Origin: Pseudovirgaria hyperparasitica
Taxonomy: Eukaryota
Assembly: GCA_010093815.1 (NCBI GenBank)
Contig: ML996565.1
DNA length: 64,000 bases
Direction: 5' to 3' (one strand)
How positions within the stretch are numbered: position 1 is the first letter of the stretch; each line of letters opens with the position of its first letter. The notes beneath the pieces are model-generated. The model was given only the letters and a program-made list of their open reading frames with translations. It was not told where the DNA came from and did not search any database. This document shows, piece by piece, positions 1 to 10,512 of the stretch. The position numbers and the translations under genes are program-made.

Positions 1-1001
1 GCGAGCATGCCAAAGTGAGCTGTCCGTTGTTAATAGGAGCTACCGTGAGCCGTACGAGCGTTGTAGACTAACCATAATTATCCGCATTGAGGAGCGCATC
101 GACTGTCTGTTTTCTAATGATGTTACTCCAACCATACGCACCGGTTGATAGTTCCACGTCTTCCGCTACACGAAGAGGTTTAGTATCATGATGGCATCCG
201 GTAAGGGAGAGAGAGAGCATATCTTACTAAACATAGGTGGAGTGTGTGTGAGTTCATGTAGTATCGTAGGGCTCATAAAGAGGTCTAGGTCAACCATAGA
301 TAATGGCATGGAGTTAGCCGGGAATTGGGCTATAACTTCCGTAAGTGAGGGTCTCAGTCCTTCAAACATCTTATCGCATAGAGTTATGCTAGCTCGTTCT
401 TTTGGTACGGGCTCCGAAGGTGGATAGCTTAGAGAGTCTAGTTTATGACGATATGTTGCCGCCGCGGTAGTACGTTTAAAGCACATTGGAATGCCCGGGA
501 AGTACAGACCACTGATAGGATCCTCCAATACTAGATACTCCGGAGGAACCTGTGAGTTTTGCAGGTACGGTCGGGTCCGTTAGGGAACCATTCCTGCAGC
601 TTGTGCCTCGGGAACTCAGTTCGATCGTGTGCCAGAGTCCAGCGTCTATCGCCATCACAGTAAATATGGATATCTGCCAACCTCCACCTAGGTTCATGAG
701 TCATTGACGCGATTTCCCCCATGATACCGCGGACAGAATCAACAGCATCTTCATCCTCATCAGGATCGGCGTTATAGACGCGCATGAAGGCAGCTCTAGT
801 CTCAGGAGACATCGGGTCAATCGCTAAAAGATCTTCCGCCAGCTCGGCCATTTTCAGTGCTTCTGCGAAGGCTCTGGTCAATCCGCGACGGCCATTACAG
901 GATGAATGGAAAGCAAACGTTGAAGCGGCGAGGGAGTGGGTAAAGAAGACAGATGCTACGAGTAGGGACACGGTGACGATTTTATCCTGAATTAAGATCA
1001 T
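1..1001 (-). CDS. Secreted zinc metalloprotease, M35/aspzincin (deuterolysin/Lys-N)-like; apparently frameshifted; 3' end runs off the window
   Basis: ATG 1001 with signal-peptide-like MILIQDKIVTVSLLVASVFFTHSLAA. Motifs ILHELTH (HExxH), TEDVELSTGAYGW and ALLNADNYAHFG appear after removing introns 166-227 (GTAAGA..TAG) and 20-72 (GTTAGT..CAG). The frame changes between 534 and 580 with no usable intron. Confidence 0.8.
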
Positions 1002-1399
1002 GACCAAAAGAATGAATGATAAAGATGAAAGCTCCTGGAGATAGAAAGAATAACAGCAGTTAGATGTGAATTCATGGCTTGGGTTCCTGAAGGACTTGCC
1101 TACTCTTATATATAGCTTTATGAGAATATCGAGGACTCTACTCAGAATGTTTGGGAACCTAGGGGTTTCAGCTATTCATTCTAGCTCTTCAATACCCATG
1201 ACTAGAGCGAGTCAGCCTTCAAGTATGTCGGGCATCCGCTGATGTCGAAAGTGACATGAGAGAGTCATGAAGTTTTGAACGGTAGTCTCGTCTGGGTTAA
1301 ACCGTGTGTGCAAACCAGAATATCCCGGATCCGGCAGTTGCTCATTATCAGAATTTTTTCCGTAATTTTTTCCGTTAACCTATTCCGGCGTGATCCCGA

Positions 1400-1740
1400 G
1401 AGCTAGTACTAGTTCAAACAAGCTAGCGCTAGACTCTCTGGTACTTCTACTACTAATAGTAGATTTGGTCTGGTTTCAATAGCGGTAGACATCTTATGAT
1501 TTCAAAGATTATACTATTTCAGGAATTCCAACTAGCACTTGGTGCGTGTTAGCAAATAAGCCTAAGTACTCCTAGAAATTAAGTACTAATTATATGTTCA
1601 TATGCAGACTGTATTTATGTGTCTTTATACTAGTTCAATACTATAATCTTATACAAGCTATATAAAATGGCACCAGAGAAGCTCTAATAGATGTATACGA
1701 TTACTAGGGTGGCCTGCGGCCGGTAGACTATAGGCCCTCG
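1400..1740. other. TpA-rich, RIP-like degenerate DNA
   Basis: Dense CTA/TAG/TAA words (e.g. ctagtactagttc, ctactactaatagtag, ctatactatttc) and AT-rich relative to neighbours. Judged by eye; RIP indices not computed. Confidence 0.5.
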
Positions 1741-3139
1741 TGGAGAAAGTCAGGCTAAGGCATAGCGGAAAAGCGATACTCCACGCCGAGACATGAAACA
1801 TTATTGCATCATAAACCGTGATTTTCACCCGGTGATTCTAATGAGGGCGCCAGCGGGTGCTGGTTAAATATTGTATCTTTTTATAATTCCTTTGGAATGG
1901 TGGGGGTCGCGAGCCGGGAACTATAACTTTTATGTAGGGCGACATTCAGAACACAGCACGTGTCCTTGTCTTCTGTCGCTAACCTTGTCGGGAACAGGTG
2001 GACAAACATTGGAATTTTCTGGAAGGTTCTATGATGCACGTGGAAAACTTCGAAAAATTTCTTTGAATGGGAAATGAAGACTCTAATCAAACTGAGTGAC
2101 GACTGTGGAGCGAGTTGTGTCCTACTCTGGCCAGTGCGCATGTTGAAGGTGAGATATTTTTAGTTTAGGGAGTTTCAACGTTGTGGGGCGGCCCGAGTCC
2201 CCAACCGTTATATAATCTACATGATAATCAAGTACCGAAGGGTCTGCCTCAATCAACGCGTACTTCTGAGTATGCGTGTCTCAATTGTCTGTTTTCCAAA
2301 GTCTACACGGGTCGCTTCGTTAGATCGATGCTGTCTTGAAGCGTCCGCCTACCTCAGCCTGCTACTCCATGATGGGATTGACTGAACCTCTGTTGCACTG
2401 CAGTCTGCTTGACTACACACTCCTGAGTACTACCCGGGACGCAATGTCCCAAGAATAATTAAACGCGCGAAGATAAAGGACAGAATATCTGCTCCCGGTC
2501 ATGTGATTAGTGACTGCGTTATATGTTTGAAGTGGGTTTCTCATTGTGCGCTGGTCGTGGTATGTCCCGGATAACAAATGATAATCAATATACTACGCTG
2601 CCCGAATACACGCCCAGCTTCATACTAGATAGCTACCTCTAGCCGACAAAAGAGTCGCCATTGACCAGCGCCTGAACATTCGCCCAACTTATTTGATTGT
2701 AATCCTTCCCTTTCAATGAGAAAAACCACCTGAGTTGAAGTGGTGTTCTAGGTAAGCCGGCTGGGAGTCAGAGTCCATGGCTATTTATTTTCGCCTGGTG
2801 GTCCGAGCCCGATGCTGCGCGAAGCCGGTCAAGCGCACTGGGTGAACTGTGACCTTTCGATATGTCATTGAGCGAATTCATCCTAATCCATCTCATAGTA
2901 TTCAAGACTCGTCATGGGTTTCGGCACTGTGGGTCGTGTCCCAAGAATAGCTACAGACCGTCCAAGTCCGGGGTGCGACATTGCAGTCCGAGCAAGATTG
3001 TATGGCCGAAAATCAACGATGCCTCTGTGATTGGTTGTTTGGTCATTCGAATGTCTGCAGTGGGTCGGCAACAGCTTCGAAGGCAGATCATTTAAAGTGG
3101 TTTGCCTATCTCGAACGCTCGAGACCTCCCGTCACCATT

Positions 3140-6100
3140 ATGGCGAAGTTCACCGCACATATCGTGGTCGGCTTGTCGCTGTTGTCTGCCGCCGCGCAGG
3201 CTGCGAGCCTTCCACGTGTGGGCACGAGACTGGCAAATCGCCAGATCGAGCTCACCTCCTGTCCTGAAGATGATGGAAGCCCTACATGTAAGTCGATTGG
3301 TAGTGAGCCGGGTTCAAGCTGACTTTCGGTAGTGATGTGTTCCGACAAAGCCTGTACAAAATCTGAATCCGATGACGGAGTCTGTCGCATTGAGGTCCCG
3401 ACGGGATCTCGCAAGTGCGGCTGCTGCCCAACTTCTACTGAATTGAAATGCTCCGAGTGTGGAGGGAACGCCGAGGATGGTGTCTGCAAAGGTAGTGGCA
3501 TCACTGGAATCGCCTACCGCGGTTGCAAATGTACGGCACACCGCGTCTTGCCCCAACGTCGTGATGACCGCATCATTCCTCTACATATATCTCTTGACTC
3601 TTCGGAAGAACAGTCACCAGCGGCTATCAATAAACCTTCACCTCCATCTCTTGGGTCCTTCGGGTCTTCTGAGTCTTCAGAGTCTCCTGGGTCCTCTAAG
3701 TCTCCTGGGTCTCCGGGGATTCTTGGGTTTGCTGGGTCTTCAGGGTCTCCTGGGTCTCGTGAGTCTTCAGGATCTTCAGGATCTTCAGGGTCTCCTGGAA
3801 CTCCTGGGTTTGTCGGGTTTGCTGGGTCTTCAGGGTCTCCTGGGTCTCGTGAGTCTTCAGGATCTTCAGGATCTTCAGGGTCTCCTGGAACTCCTGGGTT
3901 TGTCGGGTTTGCTGGGTCTCCTGGGTCTCCTGGGTCTCCTGGATCTCGAGGATCTCCTGGTTCTCATCCAGAGCCTCTACCTGGATGGTCGGCGTCCTCT
4001 GGACCTCTTCCTCCGTCTTCTAGGGGCCCAGGGTCTGAAGCTCCACACTCTGCGGGTTTTTCAAAGTCTCCGGGATTTCCATCACCCGAGTCTCTCGAGG
4101 CTGGGTCTCCTCAGGCGCAGTTTTCCGGCTCTCGATCTGCTAACTCACCCGGGTCTATAGCGCCCGGGGTTCCCGGATTCTTGTCTTCTTCCCAGTCTCC
4201 TGGGACTGCAGCTCCTGGCTTCCGCGGCTCGCCCGGCTCTCCCGACTCGCCCAACTCTCCTGCGCCTCTTTCCGGGTCTAGGAATTCTGGTTTTCCAACC
4301 GCTGAGGCTCAACACGAGCTCTTTGAGCCTGTTGGGATTATACCACACGAAAGCGAGGAAGCCAAAGGTCATGATAATGGCGGGAAGCAGTTCGTCCCTT
4401 TGATAGGTGCTGTACCTGTACCTCAGAAGTATTGGGATCAAGCGATTAATTGGATAAAAAAGCCTTTTGTCCGCAATCGTCCACAAACAGGCTCGTCTGA
4501 GCCTGACCCTCCACCTCTCTACAGTCCTCCTGGGGCACCTGGAGCTGTTTCGAACGCAGCGCTTTCTGCTGGTGGACCTGGTGCGGGTGTTGGGTCTCCT
4601 CCAGTCAGTGGGGCTCTTCCTCCTGCGCCTCCTGTGCCTCCTACGCATCCTGGGACCCCTTCGGCTCTTGGGGCTCCTGGAGCGCTTGCTGCTGGTGGGG
4701 CTGCTATGGCTGCTGCGGCACCCGCTGCGGCTGCTTTAGGAGGAGCGGGTCTTAACGCTGCTTCGACTGCGGCTCAGGCTGAACTTGGGCTTGATAGTGC
4801 TGCAGTTAATGCTGCAGGTGGTGCGGCAGGTGGTGCTGCGAGTGTGGCTGGCGGTGTGGCTGGTGCCGCCGGTAATGCTGCTGGTGCCGCCGGTAACGTG
4901 GCTGGTGGTGCAGCCGGTGCCGTGGGCGGTGTGGCTGGTGCCGCCGGTAACGTGGCTGGTGCAGCCGGTAACGTGGCTGGTGGTGCAGCCGGTGCCGTGG
5001 GTGGTGTGGCTGGTGCAGCCGGTAATGTGGCTGGGGGTGCAGCCAATATAGCAAGTGCTGGAGCTAACATGGCTGGTGCCGGAGCGAATCTTGCCGCTAA
5101 CGGGGCTAGTGCCGGGGCTAAGCTAGCCACTACCGGAGCTGATGTTGCAGCTGATACGGCAGCCAATGGAGCCAAAGCGGCAGGTGCAGCAGCTGGTGCA
5201 GCTGGTGGTGCAGCCAGTGGTGTGGGCGGTGTTGCGAGTGGTTTGGGTGGTGCTGTGAATGGTTTGGGCGGTGCGCTTAGTGGTATATCCAAGGCCACAA
5301 GTGGTATAGGCTCCTCGATTTTTGATGCGGGTAAGCATGCCTTGTCTTCTCTCACTGGCGGTGGTGGTGGTGGTGGTGGAGGAGGTGGTGGTCGGCCCAA
5401 GTCTCTATCTCCGGGGTCTCCGCCTTTATCTCCTCCACCTTCTGCACCTCTGCCTCCACTTCCCGATTCCCAATCACTGGCACCACCTCCCGACTCCAAA
5501 TCACCGTCATCACCACCATCACCACCTCCCGGCCTTGAACGGCTTTCTGGTGCGCCTCAGCCTGCAAACGTTGGACCTCTACCTCCGCCTCCTGGCACTC
5601 CGTTTCCACCTCCAAAGGCCGACTTACCTGGCCCTCCACCCGACACCCCGCGCCCGGCGCATGAGTGCTCACTCCTGACTTCGCCATCATGTACCAGCTG
5701 TGGAGGCAAGGGGGGATGGTGTCAGATCGGTCCGAATGCAGGATGTCCTTGCCAGGCTGCTGCATGTAACGCAGATCAGAAGCCGCGATGTGAAGAGGCT
5801 ACCTGTCAAGGAGACGACAGGAACCAGTGTACCCAAGGCCCCGAGAAAGGCTGTCTATGCGAAAAATCCGAAAGGTCTTGCAAGCGAGGTCCGACACCGA
5901 AATGTGAAGAGGTTACGTGTCAAGGAGACGACATGAACCAGTGTACCCAAGGCCCCGAGGCAGGCTGTCCATGCGAAAAGTCCGCAAGGTCGTGCAACCC
6001 GGCTCAGAGGCCGAGTTGTAAAGATAATACGTGTAAAGGAGATGACAAGAACAAGTGCACCAACGGCCCGGAGGAAGGTTGTGATTGCATTGCGGATCGC

Positions 6101-7723
6101 GCCGAGGGTGCTCCGGCTAGCAATTGTCCCAAGGAAGAGCCCATGCTGGCATGTGATGTCGAGTGTGGCGGTGCAGACGCTCAAGGCAATTGCAAAGGGC
6201 TTCAACTCGAGCCTCCAAACGGTCGTCTAATGTGGCAGGGATGCCCTTGCTGGAACGACACGCAAACAAGTTTCCCTCATCCAGCTGCGGTAAACCAGAC
6301 TGTCTTTCCGCATCCGGCTCCGGCTCTGCCGAAACAAGAAAACCAGACAGTCTTTCCTCACCCGGCTCCCCCGGGCTGGGAAGAGGATCAGGTCCGGATT
6401 AAGGAGTTATTGCGTCCCAAATGTCCCCAGGCACAGTCCATGTTGGCGTGTAACACCGAGTGCGGTGGCGTAGATGCGAGAGGCAAATGTATTGGCCTTC
6501 GAAACTACAACATGATGTGGGCGGGATGCGATTGCTGGGACGACTCGAAGAGAGGTAGACCTCATCGGGCTTCGCATCGCAGACCAAGTCGCTATCGCAG
6601 GCCAAGACCCTATCGCCACCGACGACCGCATCGCAGACTGAGACGGCCGACGAGCTTCCCCCACCCAATCGACCCGAACTACATGGAATGGCTGCGCCAG
6701 TTGAATGAGACGCTACCACACGATACATTCAACGTGACATGTTCGGAGAAGAGCGTTCAGAGCGTGCCGGATAAATTCACAACACCCACAGAGAATTTTG
6801 ACATCAACACGCTGATGATGCGGATGCGCGATGGTAAGTGCTATCGGTCGAGCGATCTCTAATGTAGCTGTGCGGCAACTGACACTATCCCAGTTATCTG
6901 CAACAACAAGTGCGAGGTTCCGGCTGGACTACAGGACTACTACGTCAAGACCAAACAGGACGATAAAAAGGCCGATTGTGAGCTCTCAGTGGGCATAAAG
7001 GCCAACGACGGCGATATCGAGGCGTACATGTACCGAGCAACTCCAATTACGGAACAACTAAGGCAGACATGCTGGAACGACACCGAGGCTGGTAAGTTCG
7101 TTCTTTCAAAGCCCATCTGGCTGGGTGTGCTAACGTTGTCAGTCATCAGCAAGTGTATCAAGAACGGTCCCAACAAGGGTTGGGGAAACGGCCCCGACGG
7201 CCAATTCTACGAGACAGGTTTCCGTCATCTGAACGGTGATGGCTCGAAACACGACAAATTCAGCAGCGACGAGACGCTCAAGCCACCGGGTAAAAAGATT
7301 GTGCCAACCTTGAAAGATGGCTCCCTCGAATGTGGCGAGGATATCGATGGCAACGGCGCCAAAATAGACGACTGTGAACATATCCAGCTATCATATGGTT
7401 TCTCAACTCATAATCAGACCGAATGCAAATCACACGGCGACCAACTCGATGAAGCTGGCGAGAAAATCGGGAGCTGGTGCCTTGTCGAGGAACACAGCTC
7501 GTGTGCTTTCGTCATTGCAGATGCCAAGGACCACTCTAGCGAAATCACCTCAAATGATTTTAACGACTTCAGACTTCACACGCATAACAAATGCGAAAAG
7601 TTCGGGACGGGTACGGTTGTGGCGGCTGGGGATGCGGAGGAAGACATGGGCTTGTCCGTCCAGACGCTGTGCTTTGTGAACAAACACCACCCGGAACTCT
7701 GTAGTACAAAGAAAAAGAGCTAA
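3140..7723 (+). CDS. Large secreted modular Cys-rich / low-complexity repeat protein (~1480 aa)
   Basis: Signal peptide MAKFTAHIVVGLSLLSAAAQA. Exons 3140-3287, 3333-6833, 6894-7091, 7143-7723; introns GTAAGT..AG with CTGAC/CTAAC branch sites join the ORF-track pieces in frame. Confidence 0.85.
3725..3919 (+). repeat. Coding 90-bp tandem repeat (30-aa unit GFAGSSGSPGSRESSGSSGSSGSPGTPGFV), ~2.2 identical copies
   Basis: gggtttgctgggtct recurs at 3725, 3815 and 3905 with identical intervening sequence. Confidence 0.9.
4850..5040 (+). repeat. Coding Gly/Ala repeat (AAGNVAG units, 75-bp higher-order period)
   Basis: gccggtaacgtggctggtggtgcagccggtgccgtggg at 4889 and 4964. Confidence 0.85.
5765..6090 (+). 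repeat. Three coding 114-bp repeats encoding six-Cys modules (C..TCxGDDxNxCTxGPExGCxC)
   Basis: tgtgaagagg..tgtcaaggagacgac at 5789 and 5903; a third, diverged copy starts near 6017. Confidence 0.85.
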
Positions 7724-7990
7724 GCGAGGCTTACTAACGGTACCTATTAGCTACCTACCTAGTGAAAAGATATATTAGTCTGATATTAATAAGACGGCTG
7801 TAGATAGAGTGAATAGAAAGGTATTATATACGCGTCTCTACATGCGTTTTCTTGGGAACTCTAACACAAAGTTCTGGCTACTAGGAGCTGATGAAAGCTT
7901 GGCGCTAAGTTCTATGCCCTAAGTAAGCCCTCTAGCGATCATAGAATCTAACTAATCCCTACTGTCTGATCATTGCCGGTTAATTGTTCT
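7724..7990. other. TpA-rich, RIP-like flank downstream of the secreted protein gene
   Basis: Dense cta/tag/taa words (ttagctacctacctagt, ctaagttctatgccctaagtaag, atctaactaatccctac). Confidence 0.4.
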
Positions 7991-8174
7991 TGTAGATGTA
8001 CGTAGAGGCGATGTAATCAGTCAACATCGTTGCTTGTGGCGGCCTGATTGTTTCTCCACAGCGGCTTGATTGGCGGCTTTGGAACAATGATAAGGTTGAA
8101 CGAGTACCATGAATATGCATTGCATTGTCAGAAACACACTGTCTCTGCGTGTCGGGTAAGATACGCCAAGTCCG

Positions 8175-8647
8175 TCAATTCTCGTTTGTCTCAAGAGCCC
8201 TCTTTACCAGCTCAGAGTCAAGGTATGCTCGAACCTCGACAATGCTGTCTCCTTCCCATCTACAGACCCAAGCATACCTTTCTCTCGTCAGTCTACCAGA
8301 GCCCTTCGCTATCTTTGCACAGCAGCAGTTGGTCCCACTCACCTATTCTTGAAGTCCATCCCGTTCTTACAAACCGCATCCGCCGCCAACTCCGTCACGC
8401 TCCACTCCTGATCATCCCCACCAATCACATTCCGAACCTTCAACTGGATTGGCTCCTTGAAGATTGCATTCAATCGTTTTATGGTCCCGTCTACGAACGC
8501 CGTGCGTGAGGCGTAGAGGCCGCTGAGTGGGTGCGTGCCCATGACGGTCCATTGCACGTTTTCGGCAACGTGCTCGAAGAACTGCTCGTACTGGGCGCTG
8601 GCAAGGTGGTTGAAGATGAGCTCAATGTCGGGACGAGAAGGTGCCAT
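8175..8647 (-). CDS. SnoaL-like / NTF2-fold (ketosteroid isomerase-like) protein
   Basis: FFEHVAENVQWTVMGTHPLSG. Intron 8278-8342 (GTGAGT..CTGAC..AAG); exon 2 reads RYAWVCRWEGDSIVEVRAYLDSELV..*, a typical C-terminal motif of the family. Confidence 0.85.
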
Positions 8648-9235
8648 TTCAAAGGGACTAGGCTGTAAAGAGTCGGACGGAAGAGGTTTTATAGTTGGTT
8701 GTCAGTCTTAGCGCGTTAGTCCAGGGGCGTTGTTGGATGGCTATATATGCGCCGTGGAAGTCGTAGCGGTCGGAGCAGACGTATCGTCCAAACCTATCGA
8801 AATTCATGAGGGACTACCACAGACCTGACGAGATAGGCTCGATAGACAACCGGCAATCGTGGTCTCGCTATAGTCATCATTATCGTAATTACGACGGGCT
8901 GCCTCCGTGTCGCTTCTGTTGCCGTCACAGCCGCCATGGAGCCGGTTCCGGAGCTGCTCAACGGACGCCCGGTTTCGGGTGTGATGTTATCCGGTGTCGG
9001 CCGTACATCACGTCTACTTTGTAAACTTTGTAAATGCTTCAAGCGAACGCGGATGTCATATAGTCATGTTTAAAGTTGTTGTTGATGATGATGATGGTTG
9101 CAGCTTCTGGGGGCCTCGCTTAGCCGCTGGAGAACGGACTTTTCCCGTCTGCGGTGGCGGCCGCCCTTCAGGCTCTCATTTAACAACCGCCGTAGAACCC
9201 TCGTGGCCCGCTGCAAGGCTCTGCCATCATTGAAA

Positions 9236-10070
9236 ATGTCTAGTCTTGTGAAGGCGCTACGGCCTTTTGCATCCTGCGATGTGAGTACATCCCCGCGTGG
9301 CGCATCCATCCTAAACAACCCGTAGATTGGCGACGCGCTTGTAAAGCTCGGAGTACCCTTGGGAGGCTATATAAATGACCTGCGCATGTTCAGCCCGCAT
9401 AGGGCTGGCGATCTTGATAAAAAGACACCCACAATGATCGGTGAAGCAGTCACAGTGAAGGTCAGTCATGGATCGGCTGATTATGTGCTAAGCTCACTGG
9501 CGTCAAGATGGTGCGTGCCGATGATACCGAAAGCCCCAGACCGGAGAAGCATTTTGCAGACGCAAACGAGGCCGGCAAGGTCATGTTTATCTCCCAGCCT
9601 CCATCAATGTATTCTGCATGCTTTGGTGGCTTGATGGCGGCGCGGGCGAAGAAGCTTGGTGCTGCCGGCGTTGTGGTCAACGGCCGGTTCCGCGACATCG
9701 AAGAGATTCAAGATATGGGTCTTCCAGTACGTGGTCTCTACTCGTGCGGGCAAATGTGTCGGGTACTAACATTCCATCGTAGCTTTTTGCGAGAGAGCAA
9801 TCTATTCTTGGGTCAAATTCGTTTACCAGAGCATCTGAGATCAATGTACCAGTGAAGGCCAGACGCAACGCGTATTCAAGGAGCTATCTATGGATCAACC
9901 CTGGAGATCTCTTGGTGGGTGACAAGGACGGCGTTGTCTGTGTGTCTCCTTCGTTGGTGGATCAAGTTGTGCAGCTCTGCCAAGAACGAAAGGAGATCGA
10001 CGAGAAGACTCTGGCAGCTCTGGCCGAGGGCATGAGCATGGGTGAAGCGTTAGCGAAATTTAGGAAATAG
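9236..10070 (+). CDS. RraA-like / 4-hydroxy-4-methyl-2-oxoglutarate (HMG) aldolase family protein
   Basis: Exons 9236-9280, 9326-9460, 9508-9726, 9783-10070. Motifs SCDIGDAL, ACFGGLMA, GVVVNGRFRD, INPGDLLVGDKDGVV. Confidence 0.88.
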
Positions 10071-10512
10071 AAATTCTTGATAGAGAGAACGCAGCCAGAG
10101 GCAGTGAGTGACGTGATCATCATCATGATGAGCCGCCGAATATTGAGAAAACAATGACAAGTCTGGGAGGATTTTCTTGAGCCTACGAGACCCTTTGCAC
10201 ATGTCTAATGGTACACCTAAAATGATTCATAACACAACTGTGCTTGAGTATCATTGATGGAAGTTGGGTGAGGCTGGACGGTAAGAGAGGATTGGGCACA
10301 AATTCCAACTGCGGCCTCGAGGGAATAGGTAGAATAGAGCATCCTGTTCTGATATATACGCCGGGGAATGCTGCGGTTGCACGGCCAGCTACCATAGCAT
10401 AGCACCAGCATCTCCAATTACTTACAGTTGCAACACAACTTCGCATTCGAAAAGCATGTCGATCCGGCCGTGACGAGTACACTGAGCGTCCCATGCTGTC
10501 CTCTCTGTGGAT

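Noticed and set aside
1100..3000. Transposon in the spacer of the secreted-gene pair
   Set aside because: No terminal repeats or transposase/RT remnants are recognisable; only a compositional RIP-like signal.
3725..6090. Regularly spaced repeats as a CRISPR array
   Set aside because: They are in-frame coding repeats with no unique spacers, in a eukaryotic context without cas genes.
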